Of a stretch of 40,000 nt of DNA, positions 17,480 through 26,368 are shown in pieces. The notes below the pieces were generated by a model, which saw only the letters and a program-made list of their open reading frames with translations, was not told the DNA's origin and made no database searches. Source of the DNA: an uncultured Lachnospiraceae bacterium (GTDB lineage: Bacteria; Bacillota; Clostridia; Lachnospirales; Lachnospiraceae); the NCBI GenBank assembly GCA_902781225.1, contig CACZIN010000022.1, forward strand, positions 3,460-43,459, read 5' to 3'. Numbering within the stretch: the first letter of the stretch is position 1; every line of letters begins with the position of its first letter. The position numbers and the translations under genes are program-made.

Positions 17480-18085
17480 ATGAACCACGCACTCATTATC
17501 CTGTGCGGCGGCGGAAGCACGCGCATGGGAACCGATAAAGCCCTGCTGCCTTTTGGCGAAGTAAGTCTGCTGGAATACCTTGTGAACAAGTACAAACCGC
17601 ATTTTTCGCATATTTACTTATCCGTGAAAAAGCCGGGCGAATATACACACCTGTCACTCCCCGTCACAGAAATTGCCGATCTGTACATGAACGCCGGCCC
17701 GATGTCCGGCGTATTTTCCGGTCTCTCCATGATGGATGAAGACCAGGCGTTTATTCTGCCGATCGACACCCCTTTTCTGGAACCAGAAGTCGGACTGCAG
17801 CTGCTGGAGCATCTGGACGGTTTTGACATCGCCGCGGTATCCGGCACCGAAACGGATCAAAAAGTACCGGCGTCCGCCTACTCCAAAAGCTGCCTGCCAT
17901 CCATCGGAAAGTGTCTGCTTTTGCACCAGTTCACTTTCGATACGCTGCGCGAGAAATGCAGCGTGTCCTATCTGAAGCGCGAAGAAGCGACCAAAGACTC
18001 CGATATTCCGGCAGATCTTCAGTTTTCCCATCTGGATACCAGGGACGACTACTATCAGGCGCTCCGGCACCTTCACTGCATTTAA
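17480..18085 (+). CDS. MobA-like NTP transferase (molybdenum cofactor guanylyltransferase family)
   Basis: LCGGGSTRMGTDKALLPF is the MobA/NTP_transf_3 signature. The start is ATG 17480 or ATG 17465. Confidence 0.8.
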   Translation: MNHALIILCGGGSTRMGTDKALLPFGEVSLLEYLVNKYKPHFSHIYLSVKKPGEYTHLSLPVTEIADLYMNAGPMSGVFSGLSMMDEDQAFILPIDTPFLEPEVGLQLLEHLDGFDIAAVSGTETDQKVPASAYSKSCLPSIGKCLLLHQFTFDTLREKCSVSYLKREEATKDSDIPADLQFSHLDTRDDYYQALRHLHCI

Positions 18086-18997
18086 CTAATCTAAGAACCG
18101 CTGCAGATCCGGCATCCAGTCTCCGAAAAAAATCTCGTCCCGGCACAGGGTGCTCCACATCTGCGGAAGGAATTGTTCCAGAACCTGCATGACCTCTGTC
18201 CATGCGGGTTCTTTTCTTTTCCGGTGTCTTAAATATTTCTCCCAACGCTTTCTCATGTAGCTGTAATCGCGGTAGGAAAGAATCTCTTTCATCCGCGACT
18301 CCTCGGGAAGTAACTGCTGCTTTTTGCAATGTTCGCCGAGCAGTTCCTGAATATGCCTGCCGTCCACCGGCTCCGTCTTTAATATCCCGTAAACCTTATC
18401 GTAGACGCTCATATCCGGAAGCAGTTCCATATCCCGGATCAGATAAAAAAGATTCTCCGCGAGAATACTCTCCACCGGATATTCCAGATACGGAATCTGC
18501 TTTCCGCCTTCCATAAACGGCATAAAAGTCCGCTTGACCGGAACCAGGCCTTCCTCGGTCAGTTCCGTGACGCGGATATGGATCGGAACCGTCATCTCCT
18601 CGAACTCCCCGGCAATCTCCAGATCCACACGGTGATCTCCCGCGCTCGCTCTTCCTTTCCAGGAAATGTCCGGCACCTTTTCCACTTTTAGGATGTACGC
18701 GAGCATGACATATCCCATCTTAAGAGACAGTTCCTGCCCCGGAACGATCCCCTCCCGCTTCATCGCGCGGGGATCTGTCACATAGGCAAAATCCAGCGTC
18801 AACAGATTTTTCTTCCGGTACTGTTCCACCCCGAGCACACCGCTGTTTTTCAGCCACAGAAACAGGGAAAACGGCGAATCCTCGATCAGATACATCAGCT
18901 CTTCCAGTACATAGCCTGCCAGCAGATTGGAAAACGGAATACCGGTCTCTTCACTTTTTGCTTTCAGTGCAGCTTTTTCTATGATCGTATGTTTCAT
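18086..18997 (-). CDS. AbiEii/AbiGii-like nucleotidyltransferase-fold toxin homolog (DUF1814-like), with divergent motifs
   Basis: The layout is AbiEii-like: YVLEELMYLIEDSPFSLFLWLKNSGVLG...LLTLDFAY, and later ESILAENLFYLIRD...VYDKVY. Its ATG abuts the stop of the upstream AbiEi-like gene (TAGATG). Assignment is by eye only. Confidence 0.7.
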   Translation of the reverse strand: MKHTIIEKAALKAKSEETGIPFSNLLAGYVLEELMYLIEDSPFSLFLWLKNSGVLGVEQYRKKNLLTLDFAYVTDPRAMKREGIVPGQELSLKMGYVMLAYILKVEKVPDISWKGRASAGDHRVDLEIAGEFEEMTVPIHIRVTELTEEGLVPVKRTFMPFMEGGKQIPYLEYPVESILAENLFYLIRDMELLPDMSVYDKVYGILKTEPVDGRHIQELLGEHCKKQQLLPEESRMKEILSYRDYSYMRKRWEKYLRHRKRKEPAWTEVMQVLEQFLPQMWSTLCRDEIFFGDWMPDLQRFLD

Positions 18998-19627
18998 CTA
19001 CAGCCATACTCCTATCATCGTCTGTACTTTCTTTACCACTCTGCGTTCCCTTGCGTATTTCATCAACTTTGCAACATCCTTCTTCGGATCGCGGATGTAC
19101 GCTAAAAGCCCTTCTTTGAAAAGCTCGCGCTCCATCTTATCTTCATATTTCAGACACTCGCACATCAGGCGCTCCCGGTCAAAAATTTTCATCTTCGCGC
19201 CACCGTAGTCAATCTCCGTCACACCGAGTGTCAGTGTCTCCGGCTCCGCATACAGCGGCATCACCGGCGGAAAATCCAGCTTAAACCGCGACTTGGACGT
19301 GTTCTTGTCCACCGACAATTTGTATCCGTAGGGCTTGCGGTCCAGATAGCCGTACGCATACAGCGCAGTCTCCAGATTTAAGACGCAGTCCGGAAACAGC
19401 CGCGCAATCAGCTCCTCCTCCGAGAAATCACTCAGCCGCACCGCATAGTACCCGTTCTTGATCCGGATCAGATCTCCCTTTTCCACAAAATCCAGAATCC
19501 GCCGGTAATCGATTCCCAGTTCATTCAGCTGGCTCTTTTTCACCACACCGCCATTCTGATAGATGAACTCTTTGACACGATCCAGAATAAGTTCCCGCTT
19601 TTCGTTAATCACATAAGATTCTGACAT
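18998..19627 (-). CDS. AbiEi-like antitoxin / transcriptional regulator (type IV TA family)
   Basis: Start trimmed to MSESYVINEK. The N-terminal wHTH pattern GGVVKKSQLNELGIDYRRILDFVEKGDLIRIKNGYYAV is typical of AbiEi_4. A C-terminal domain follows. It is coupled to the downstream AbiEii-like gene. Confidence 0.78.
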   Translation of the reverse strand: MSESYVINEKRELILDRVKEFIYQNGGVVKKSQLNELGIDYRRILDFVEKGDLIRIKNGYYAVRLSDFSEEELIARLFPDCVLNLETALYAYGYLDRKPYGYKLSVDKNTSKSRFKLDFPPVMPLYAEPETLTLGVTEIDYGGAKMKIFDRERLMCECLKYEDKMERELFKEGLLAYIRDPKKDVAKLMKYARERRVVKKVQTMIGVWL

Positions 19628-19742
19628 ATCGTTCCCCGTACCTTTCCTGTTGAGCCATCCCCTCCTGCAGCGCATTTTGGGGAAAGTTCTGTATAACTTC
19701 TCCGCTCTATGTATATGTTTGTGGTATTTATTGCTTATTTTT

Positions 19743-19771
19743 ACTATAAAGGATCCCCTGCTGTTTGTCAA
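19743..19771 (-). promoter_or_regulatory. Sigma-A promoter for the AbiEi/AbiEii-like operon
   Basis: Minus strand reads TTGACA (19771-19766), a 17-nt spacer, then TATAGT (19748-19743). This leaves a leader of about 110 nt before ATG 19627. Confidence 0.65.
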
Positions 19772-19854
19772 TTTATCGTTTTTGTCGTTTTTCCGGCTGT
19801 TCACAGCCCCTGTTTTGTCCTATAATGTCATAAAAGACAATTTTTTTGTCGTTT
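19755..19854. promoter_or_regulatory. Operator-like repeat array in the divergent promoter region
   Basis: CCCCTGCTGTTTGTC (19755-19769) and CCCCTGTTTTGTC (19807-19819). TTTTTGTCGTTT occurs twice (19779-19790 and 19843-19854). Inverted GACAA-N5-TTGTC at 19836-19850. The repeats overlap the -35 of the minus-strand promoter and abut TATAAT (19821-19826) of the plus-strand promoter. Confidence 0.5.
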
Positions 19855-19871
19855 GCAGAAAGGAGTTCTCT

Positions 19872-20384
19872 ATGGAAGCAAAATCACCCTCCCTGCGCAA
19901 GAATCCGTCCCGGGAAACCTGCGAGGGAATCATCCGCCGGATCCTGATGACCGAGGTCTTAGAGAAAGGGAAAAATGAACATTTCCGCACGGCTGCCGAT
20001 TTCATGAAATACTTCGAGTCTCTTTACCCGGCGTCCGACGCTCTGACCAAACAGGTGCAGCGCGCCATCCGTTCTCTGAATATGCCGAAGGATGAACTCG
20101 GCTATTTCATTCCGAACAAGACTGCCGAACAGTTAGCGCAGGAGCAGGAGCTTACCTATATTTTCAAAAAAGCAAATGCCGATGTCTGCCGGATGGATGA
20201 TTACCAGCCTCTGTTTTTAAAAGCGGACGATGCAGTCTCCTCCTACCTGCTTTCCCGCATCACGGACTCCCCTCTGTTTCAGGGAAAATATCTGACCGCG
20301 CACACCGTACCCGGCGGCATTCTCTTCTATACAAAGAACCCGAATCAGCTTGAAATCCTGCTGAAAAGCTTAATTGTCAGATAA
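19872..20384 (+). CDS. Hypothetical 170-aa protein; weak resemblance to the ArgR-type two-domain layout (wHTH plus oligomerisation domain)
   Basis: ATG 19872 has AAAGGAG 6 nt upstream. TKQVQRAIRSLNMPKDELGYF resembles the ArgR recognition helix and wing. This is a by-eye impression only. Confidence 0.55.
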   Translation: MEAKSPSLRKNPSRETCEGIIRRILMTEVLEKGKNEHFRTAADFMKYFESLYPASDALTKQVQRAIRSLNMPKDELGYFIPNKTAEQLAQEQELTYIFKKANADVCRMDDYQPLFLKADDAVSSYLLSRITDSPLFQGKYLTAHTVPGGILFYTKNPNQLEILLKSLIVR

Positions 20385-20415
20385 TTTATCGTCAATTTTT
20401 TCATGTCCATAATGT

Positions 20416-20455
20416 AAAAAACGACAATATCCCGTATGGAATATTGTCGTTTTTT
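20416..20455. terminator. Bidirectional rho-independent terminator
   Basis: Perfect 10-bp stem acgacaatat/atattgtcgt flanked by A6 and T6 runs. It lies between two convergent genes. Confidence 0.8.
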
Positions 20456-20466
20456 AGTTCTATGCA

Positions 20467-21861
20467 CTATCTTCTACGTCTTCTGCGGTGTTTTGGCTTG
20501 ATTTTTATCTGTCGGAACTGCTCTTTGCGGTTCCTGCGCACTTCCCGGTTGTGCCGGATAATATAATAGTTATCGTAGAACTTCTTTCCGGCGAAGATCA
20601 GCCCTGCTGCAAGCAGGATTCCGGCTACGATAAGCAGAATTGTGCGCGGTCTGATCCGCACCGTGGAGACCGTCTCCTCCTCGGTGTCTGTCTCCTGCTC
20701 TACCTCGCTCTGGTTGTCAAAAATATATCCGTCCACAACCGCACCGGTTGTCACTATGTCTGCTTTTCCGACCTGACGTCCCGCATAGGTGTAGGCAAGC
20801 GTTCCCACCACGTTCTCGCTGACGTCGTCATACGTGATCTCCGATGCCGCATCGTTAAAGTCGGTCGTCTTCGGAAGAACGATATTGGCATTCGCGTCGA
20901 TGTCCACAAACGCCTTGTTGTTATTTAAGGCTCCAACTTCCACCGCCTCGGAATCCATGTATCTGGTCTCATTATCCGCAATATTGAACAACTGGAAATT
21001 ATCAAATGCATAGTCGAAAAGGTTCCGGCTGTCGGTCCACTGATTCGGCGATTCCGTATGCATCACGACGCATACCAGACTCATGCCGTCCTTCTCGGCG
21101 TAGGTGACCAGCGTGCTGCGCGCGATATCCGTATATCCCGTCTTTCCTCCGGTACAATACTCATACCGGTACTTGAGCGTCTTGAACGGGTAGAGCATCT
21201 CATTGTGATTCTGCAGATCCGTCGGCTCATCATGCTTGTTCGTCGGCGGAATGGTGTAGCGTGCCGTCCCCGTAATAATCCGGAAGGTCTCGTTCTGGTA
21301 TGCCGCTTTGGCAATCAGCGCCATATCGTGCGCCGTCGTGTAATGGTTCTCATCAAACAGACCGTGCGGATTGGCAAAATGCGTGTTGGTACATCCAAGC
21401 TCCGCCGCTTTTTCGTTCATCATGTCCACAAAATGCTCCACCGTACCGCCGACATGCTCCGCCACTGCGTAGGCACATTCATTTGCCGAATTCAGCATAA
21501 CCGCGTACAGGCATTGCTCCATCGTCATCTGCTCCCCGTAATCGCGGTAGATTCCGGACCCCTCAGTATTGTTGATCGCATCATCAGAAAATGTGACGAC
21601 CTCATTCAGATCGGAATTCTCCAGCGCGAGAAGCGTCGTCATGATTTTCGTGATACTTGCCGGATAATTCCGCTCATCGCTGTTTTTTTCGTACAGAACC
21701 GTCCCCGTCGACATCTCCATCAGTATCACGGACGGTGACTGTACTTCCGGTCCTTCCGGCCAGTAATCTGCCGCCTGCACCACCTGCGGCTTTATCTGTA
21801 AAAAGTATAGTAAACTTAAGGCGACACATGCCGCCTTTTTCCACACATTCGCTCTTCGCAT
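20467..21861 (-). CDS. D-alanyl-D-alanine carboxypeptidase (low-MW PBP, PBP5/DacB-like) with a C-terminal membrane anchor
   Basis: Signal peptide, then SITK (SxxK), SAN (SxN) and KTG motifs. C-terminal TM helix plus a basic tail (KPKHRRRRRR). Confidence 0.9.
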   Translation of the reverse strand: MRRANVWKKAACVALSLLYFLQIKPQVVQAADYWPEGPEVQSPSVILMEMSTGTVLYEKNSDERNYPASITKIMTTLLALENSDLNEVVTFSDDAINNTEGSGIYRDYGEQMTMEQCLYAVMLNSANECAYAVAEHVGGTVEHFVDMMNEKAAELGCTNTHFANPHGLFDENHYTTAHDMALIAKAAYQNETFRIITGTARYTIPPTNKHDEPTDLQNHNEMLYPFKTLKYRYEYCTGGKTGYTDIARSTLVTYAEKDGMSLVCVVMHTESPNQWTDSRNLFDYAFDNFQLFNIADNETRYMDSEAVEVGALNNNKAFVDIDANANIVLPKTTDFNDAASEITYDDVSENVVGTLAYTYAGRQVGKADIVTTGAVVDGYIFDNQSEVEQETDTEEETVSTVRIRPRTILLIVAGILLAAGLIFAGKKFYDNYYIIRHNREVRRNRKEQFRQIKIKPKHRRRRRR

Positions 21862-22081
21862 TGCTTATAACTCCATTCTATCCAGAAATCCTGTCCATTT
21901 CTTCCATATATATCCGGAACATAACTAGTATCAGTATAATCGCAGAAAAAAATACATGCAACAATTTTTCTGGCAAAAGCTCTTTTTTTATCCACAGATT
22001 TATTGTAGAATATCTTGTATGTCCACAATTATAGGACTTCCCGACATTTATTAAGATTTTCTTATGAGAGGCAGGAACGAT

Positions 22082-22720
22082 ATGAGACTTAGAAATATAC
22101 CGGGTGCAGACGCCGCCATCACAGAGAGCGTCTACTGCATCAAAAGCCCCGAGACGCACAAAGGCCATTGGCAGGAGATTTTTCCGTCACAGCAGCCGCT
22201 TCACATTGAGATCGGTATGGGAAAGGGCCGCTTCATGATGGATCTTGCCGCAGCGCATCCCGACATCAATTATCTGGGAATCGAGCGCTACTCCAGCGTC
22301 CTGCTGCGTGCCCTGCAGAAAATGGAAGAGAATCCGCTCCCGAACCTGTTTTTCATCTGCATGGACGCCGCCGATGTCGCTGAGGTATTCGATCACGGAG
22401 AGGTAGACCGGATCTACTTAAACTTTTCCGATCCGTGGCCGAAGGACAGACACGCCAAGCGCCGTCTTACCTCCCGTCAGTTCTTCGCGCGCTACGATGA
22501 GGTTCTCGCACCGGAGGGACGTCTGGAGTTCAAGACCGACAATCAGGATCTTTTTACCTTTTCCCTGGAGGAGATCCCGGAAGCCGGCTGGCATCTGGAC
22601 GCCTCCACCAGAGATCTGCATCACGATCCGGTGCTCAATGAAGGCAATATCATGACGGAGTACGAGGAGAAGTTCTCCTCCCTCGGCAATCCGATCTGCA
22701 AGCTGATCGCTTCCAGATAA
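22082..22720 (+). CDS. trmB: tRNA (guanine46-N7)-methyltransferase
   Basis: Start trimmed to MRLRNIPGA. EIGMGKGRF and NFSDPWPK are TrmB motifs. Confidence 0.92.
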   Translation: MRLRNIPGADAAITESVYCIKSPETHKGHWQEIFPSQQPLHIEIGMGKGRFMMDLAAAHPDINYLGIERYSSVLLRALQKMEENPLPNLFFICMDAADVAEVFDHGEVDRIYLNFSDPWPKDRHAKRRLTSRQFFARYDEVLAPEGRLEFKTDNQDLFTFSLEEIPEAGWHLDASTRDLHHDPVLNEGNIMTEYEEKFSSLGNPICKLIASR

Positions 22721-22793
22721 GAAGGCGCCCCGCCGCAGTGCGATCCCCTCGAAGCTTTTTTACTTTGTAGGGCGCATTTTCTTCCTATGAAGT

Positions 22794-22844
22794 AAAAACA
22801 CCCGCAGTCCGATCTGTATGGATCCGCCTGCGGGTGTTTTTTTT
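22794..22844. terminator. Bidirectional terminator between trmB and the MCP gene
   Basis: Stem acacccgcag/ctgcgggtgt flanked by A5 and T7 runs. Confidence 0.75.
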
Positions 22845-22856
22845 GCATTCTGTTTT

Positions 22857-24593
22857 TTATTCTTTGATCCGGAACTGGTTGACATTGTCACTCAGATTTT
22901 CTGCAATGTCCACGAGGCTTTTCGTCTGCGCATTGCAGTCCGTGACGATGCCGCTTAACTCCGTCATGGAAGCCGAAGTCTCCTCGGTACTTGCCGCATT
23001 CTCCTGTGCAATCGCTGCCAGACTCTCCATGCTGCTCATAACATCATTCTTCGCCGTGTTGACCGTCTCAATCTCACGCCGGATATTGTCAATCGCAACC
23101 ACCACATTGCCGACCTCCGTATTCAGTCCGTCGAATGCTTCTCTGGTGGTCGAAAGCTTCTCATTCTGTTCGTTGATCTCATCGAGCACACCGTTCATCG
23201 TCTCGACGCTCTTGTTGGAGTTCTTGATCAGTTCTTCCACAATATCACCGATCTTCTTCGCGGAGTCGCTGGACTGATCCGCAAGCTGACGGATCTCATC
23301 CGCCACCACCGCAAATCCTTTTCCATGCTCTCCTGCACGCGCAGCCTCGATGCTCGCATTCAAGGACAACAGATTGGTCTGGCTTGCAATATCCGTAATC
23401 ATCTGGATCGCACTGCCGATCTCCATGACAGACTGGTTCGTCCTGTCTGTCTGGCGGTTGACCTCATCCACCGATTCTCTGGTGCGGTCGCTGATCTCCA
23501 CCAGGTCTCTGATCGTGCCGTCGAGCTTATGATTCTGCTCTTTCATCTCCTCCGTGCTGCCCATGAGGTTTTCCACGTTCTTTGTCGTCTCGGCGATGGC
23601 TTCGTTCATGTCGCTGATCTGCTCATTGACCTTCTGCATCTCGCCCGCCTGATTCGTCGCTCCGTTCGCGATGTCCTCCATCGCGGTATTTACATTATGA
23701 ATGGATTCATTGATCGTCGTAAAGCTGTTCTGGAACTTGGCGCTGAAATCATCCAGCGACTTTGCGGATGTCCGGATGTTTTTTACAATCATGACCAGTC
23801 CGCCAATGAGTGAATGCAGCGCACGCGCAATATTTCCGATCTCGTCCGAACGGCTCGTCATGCGGTCGCTGATCTTGCTGTCCAGATTTCCCTCCGCAAC
23901 ATCATCCAGATGATCGATCATCGACATCATTGCCTTCACAATCTTCATCATCACAATTGCCAGAAAGATACATGCAAAGATTGCAAGCACTACCATAAAT
24001 ATTATATTTTTTTTCAATCGGTCATTGTAGATTTCGTGAACGGAAGCAGACGTCATACCGGTAAACACCAGACCTGCCATGGAACCGTCACTGTTGTACA
24101 ATCCCTCATAATATCCGTAATATTTCTGACCGTCAATCACAATATCGGACACAAAATAACTACCCTTTTCTTTCACAGCCTGATACACATCTGCTGCTAT
24201 CTCCGTCCCGGTCTCGCGGCTGCCGTCCTGACTCACAAGGCTGGTCGCCATCCGGGTCGTATTCCAGCTGAGTGTAACATCCAGTCCGGTATTTTCCTTA
24301 AAAGCATCCAGCACATCCTGATGTTCCGAGAAATTGTAATCTCCCTTGTACAGCTGGTCTCCATCCGTATTCCAGTCACCACTGCTCAAAATGGACATTG
24401 TCTGGTTCACGGCATAGACCGATGTCTTCAATTCATGCTGCATCAGTTTATCAGACACAGTAACGCCAACCGCCCGGATTGCCAGCCCTGCAAAAACCAC
24501 AAGAATCATCAGCGGTATGATCGCGGTGATCAGAATCTTCATTATCAGATTCAGACCTTTTTTCCTTTGCACCTCAATATTCTTTTGTTCCAT
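22857..24593 (-). CDS. Methyl-accepting chemotaxis protein
   Basis: N-terminal TM helix, an extracytoplasmic sensor region of about 160 aa, a second TM helix and a HAMP-like segment. The highly conserved signalling hairpin is [32 protein letters not shown]. Confidence 0.92.
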   Translation of the reverse strand: MEQKNIEVQRKKGLNLIMKILITAIIPLMILVVFAGLAIRAVGVTVSDKLMQHELKTSVYAVNQTMSILSSGDWNTDGDQLYKGDYNFSEHQDVLDAFKENTGLDVTLSWNTTRMATSLVSQDGSRETGTEIAADVYQAVKEKGSYFVSDIVIDGQKYYGYYEGLYNSDGSMAGLVFTGMTSASVHEIYNDRLKKNIIFMVVLAIFACIFLAIVMMKIVKAMMSMIDHLDDVAEGNLDSKISDRMTSRSDEIGNIARALHSLIGGLVMIVKNIRTSAKSLDDFSAKFQNSFTTINESIHNVNTAMEDIANGATNQAGEMQKVNEQISDMNEAIAETTKNVENLMGSTEEMKEQNHKLDGTIRDLVEISDRTRESVDEVNRQTDRTNQSVMEIGSAIQMITDIASQTNLLSLNASIEAARAGEHGKGFAVVADEIRQLADQSSDSAKKIGDIVEELIKNSNKSVETMNGVLDEINEQNEKLSTTREAFDGLNTEVGNVVVAIDNIRREIETVNTAKNDVMSSMESLAAIAQENAASTEETSASMTELSGIVTDCNAQTKSLVDIAENLSDNVNQFRIKE

Positions 24594-24764
24594 CTGACTC
24601 TCTCCCCTTCATATAGTATCTGCTTTTTATATCGTCAGGTTTTTCCTTCTGCTAAATAGGATACACTCTTTTTAAAAAAATTTTAATAATATGCATTATA
24701 AGCACAAAAAAAGCACCAACCCCACAGTCAATGCTGTAAAATCGGTACCTTTCAATGCGCCACC

Positions 24765-24837
24765 AGGGGTTCGAACCCTGGACACCCTGATTAAGAGTCA
24801 GGTGCTCTGCCAGCTGAGCTAGTGGCGCTTATTTTGT
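24765..24837 (-). tRNA. tRNA-Lys (anticodon CTT)
   Basis: Hand-folded 73-nt cloverleaf: GCGCCAC/GTGGCGC acceptor stem, CCTGA-CTCTTAA-TCAGG anticodon arm, GGTTCGAACCC T-arm. CCA is not encoded. Confidence 0.9.
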
Positions 24838-24871
24838 ATCGTGTGTTCTGTATCACCCGAGCACGAAAATT

Positions 24872-24900
24872 ATTATATAACAGAAATTTTAGAAATGCAA
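24872..24900 (-). promoter_or_regulatory. Sigma-A promoter for tRNA-Lys
   Basis: Minus strand reads TTGCAT (24900-24895), a 17-nt spacer, then TATAAT (24877-24872). Confidence 0.65.
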
Positions 24901-24980
24901 CATTTTTTTTAAAAAACTTCAATTTTTTTTTCAATTGTGTTATTTTATAGATAGAATGGCATAGATCAAGGAGGTTTATT

Positions 24981-26222
24981 ATGCAAGTTGAACAGCGATT
25001 ATTGAAATATGTGTCCTATTGGACGACATCGGATGAGAATAACATGACAGACGACAAGGTACAGATTCCGTCTACCGAGCGTCAGTTTGATCTCGGAAAG
25101 GTACTGGAGCAGGAATTACGGGATCTCGGTCTTAAAAATGTGGTTCTGACCGACCACTGCTACGTGTACGCTCTGCTTCCGGCAACTGCCGGCTGTGAGG
25201 GACGCAAGGCTGTCGGTTTTATCTCACATATGGATACCGCACCGGACTACTCCGGCAAAGACGTCAAACCGCAGATCATTCCGGATTATGACGGCGGGGA
25301 TGTCCGTTTGAACGGTACCGGAGCCATGTTAAAGGTTTCCGATTTTCCAACGCTGAAGGATTTGAAGGGAAGAACCCTGATTACCACCGACGGCACGACA
25401 CTGCTCGGCGCGGATGACAAGGCCGGTGTGGCAGAAATCGTCACAGCGCTCGAAGAGATCATTTCTTCCGGAATGCCTCACGGTGATATCTGGGTGGGAT
25501 TTACCCCGGACGAAGAAATCGGCTGCGGTGCAGATTTATTTGACCTGGATTATTTTAAGGCTGCTTTCGCCTATACGGTAGACGGCGATTACGAGGGCGA
25601 AGTCGCCTATGAAAATTTCAACGCCGCGAGCGCAAAATTTTCCATTAAAGGCGTCAATGTGCATCCGGGCGAGGCAAAGGATATTATGGTAAATGCCGCT
25701 CTTGTGGCGTGCGATATCCAGTCGCAACTTCCGCCGGAGGAGACACCAGCGCACACCGAGGGCAGACAGGGCTTCTATCATCTGACCGACATGAAGGGTG
25801 ATGTCGCTTTTGCAGAACTTTCCTATATCGTGCGTGACCACGACAGGGCTTCTTTTGAATCACGCCTGAACAGGCTCCGCACGCTGGAAGTGGAGATCAA
25901 CCAGAAATACGGCACCGGAACCGTCTCTCTTACCATCACGGATTCCTACTCCAATATGCTTGAGATCATCGAACAGCATCCTTATGTCGTGGACATTGCA
26001 AAAAAGGCAATCTCGATGACCGGTCTCACACCGCTCTCACGTCCGGTTCGCGGCGGTACAGACGGCGCCAGATTAAGTTTTATGGGTCTTCCGTGCCCGA
26101 ATCTTGGCACCGGCGGCTACGGCTTCCACGGTCCGTATGAGCATATCAGCGTGGAGGGCATGCAGACAGCGGTCTCCGTCATCAAAAATATCGTGACGAT
26201 CGTCGCGGAGTCTGATCTGTAA
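24981..26222 (+). CDS. pepT: Peptidase T (tripeptide aminopeptidase, M20B)
   Basis: LLKYVSYWTTSDE, FISHMDTAPD, GADDKAG and PDEEIG are PepT motifs. GGAGG lies 6 nt upstream of the start. Confidence 0.93.
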   Translation: MQVEQRLLKYVSYWTTSDENNMTDDKVQIPSTERQFDLGKVLEQELRDLGLKNVVLTDHCYVYALLPATAGCEGRKAVGFISHMDTAPDYSGKDVKPQIIPDYDGGDVRLNGTGAMLKVSDFPTLKDLKGRTLITTDGTTLLGADDKAGVAEIVTALEEIISSGMPHGDIWVGFTPDEEIGCGADLFDLDYFKAAFAYTVDGDYEGEVAYENFNAASAKFSIKGVNVHPGEAKDIMVNAALVACDIQSQLPPEETPAHTEGRQGFYHLTDMKGDVAFAELSYIVRDHDRASFESRLNRLRTLEVEINQKYGTGTVSLTITDSYSNMLEIIEQHPYVVDIAKKAISMTGLTPLSRPVRGGTDGARLSFMGLPCPNLGTGGYGFHGPYEHISVEGMQTAVSVIKNIVTIVAESDL

Positions 26223-26270
26223 GAGAAGCTCGGGGATATGTAAATATTATCGTTTCAGATACAAAAATAG

Positions 26271-26322
26271 CGTGGAAGAATTCTCACATTTTACTTCAAA
26301 GAATCTTCCACGCTCATTTTTT
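26271..26322 (+). terminator. Terminator after pepT
   Basis: Stem cgtggaaga(attc)/(gaa)tcttccacg, followed by ctca and a T7 run. Confidence 0.6.
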
Positions 26323-26368
26323 ATTCTGAAACTGCTAATAACTTCATTTTTTATCCTGGAACCTGCTC

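Noticed and set aside
17480-19627. The MobA-like NTP transferase as a third component of the AbiE-like module (two nucleotidyltransferases side by side).
   Set aside because: The genes are convergent, not co-transcribed. The MobA-like protein has the ordinary housekeeping signature LCGGGSTRMGTDK. Adjacency alone is insufficient. I only noted the zero-nt junction.
18998-19804. The 268-aa version of the AbiEi ORF with a 59-aa N-terminal extension. Similar long N-terminal extensions occur for spmA (to 7797), ssb, rpsF, DUF951, rsmI and DUF3800.
   Set aside because: The extensions run through promoter-like AT-rich sequence, lack an RBS and are not homologous to the families. Internal ATG codons with good Shine-Dalgarno sequences give the canonical N-termini.
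20421-20455. The 11-mer TTGTCGTTTTT is shared between the terminator at 20441-20455 and the operator-like repeats near 19782.
   Set aside because: An AT-rich 11-mer match is expected many times by chance in 40 kb. The local recurrence within the 19755-19854 region is the only statistically notable part.
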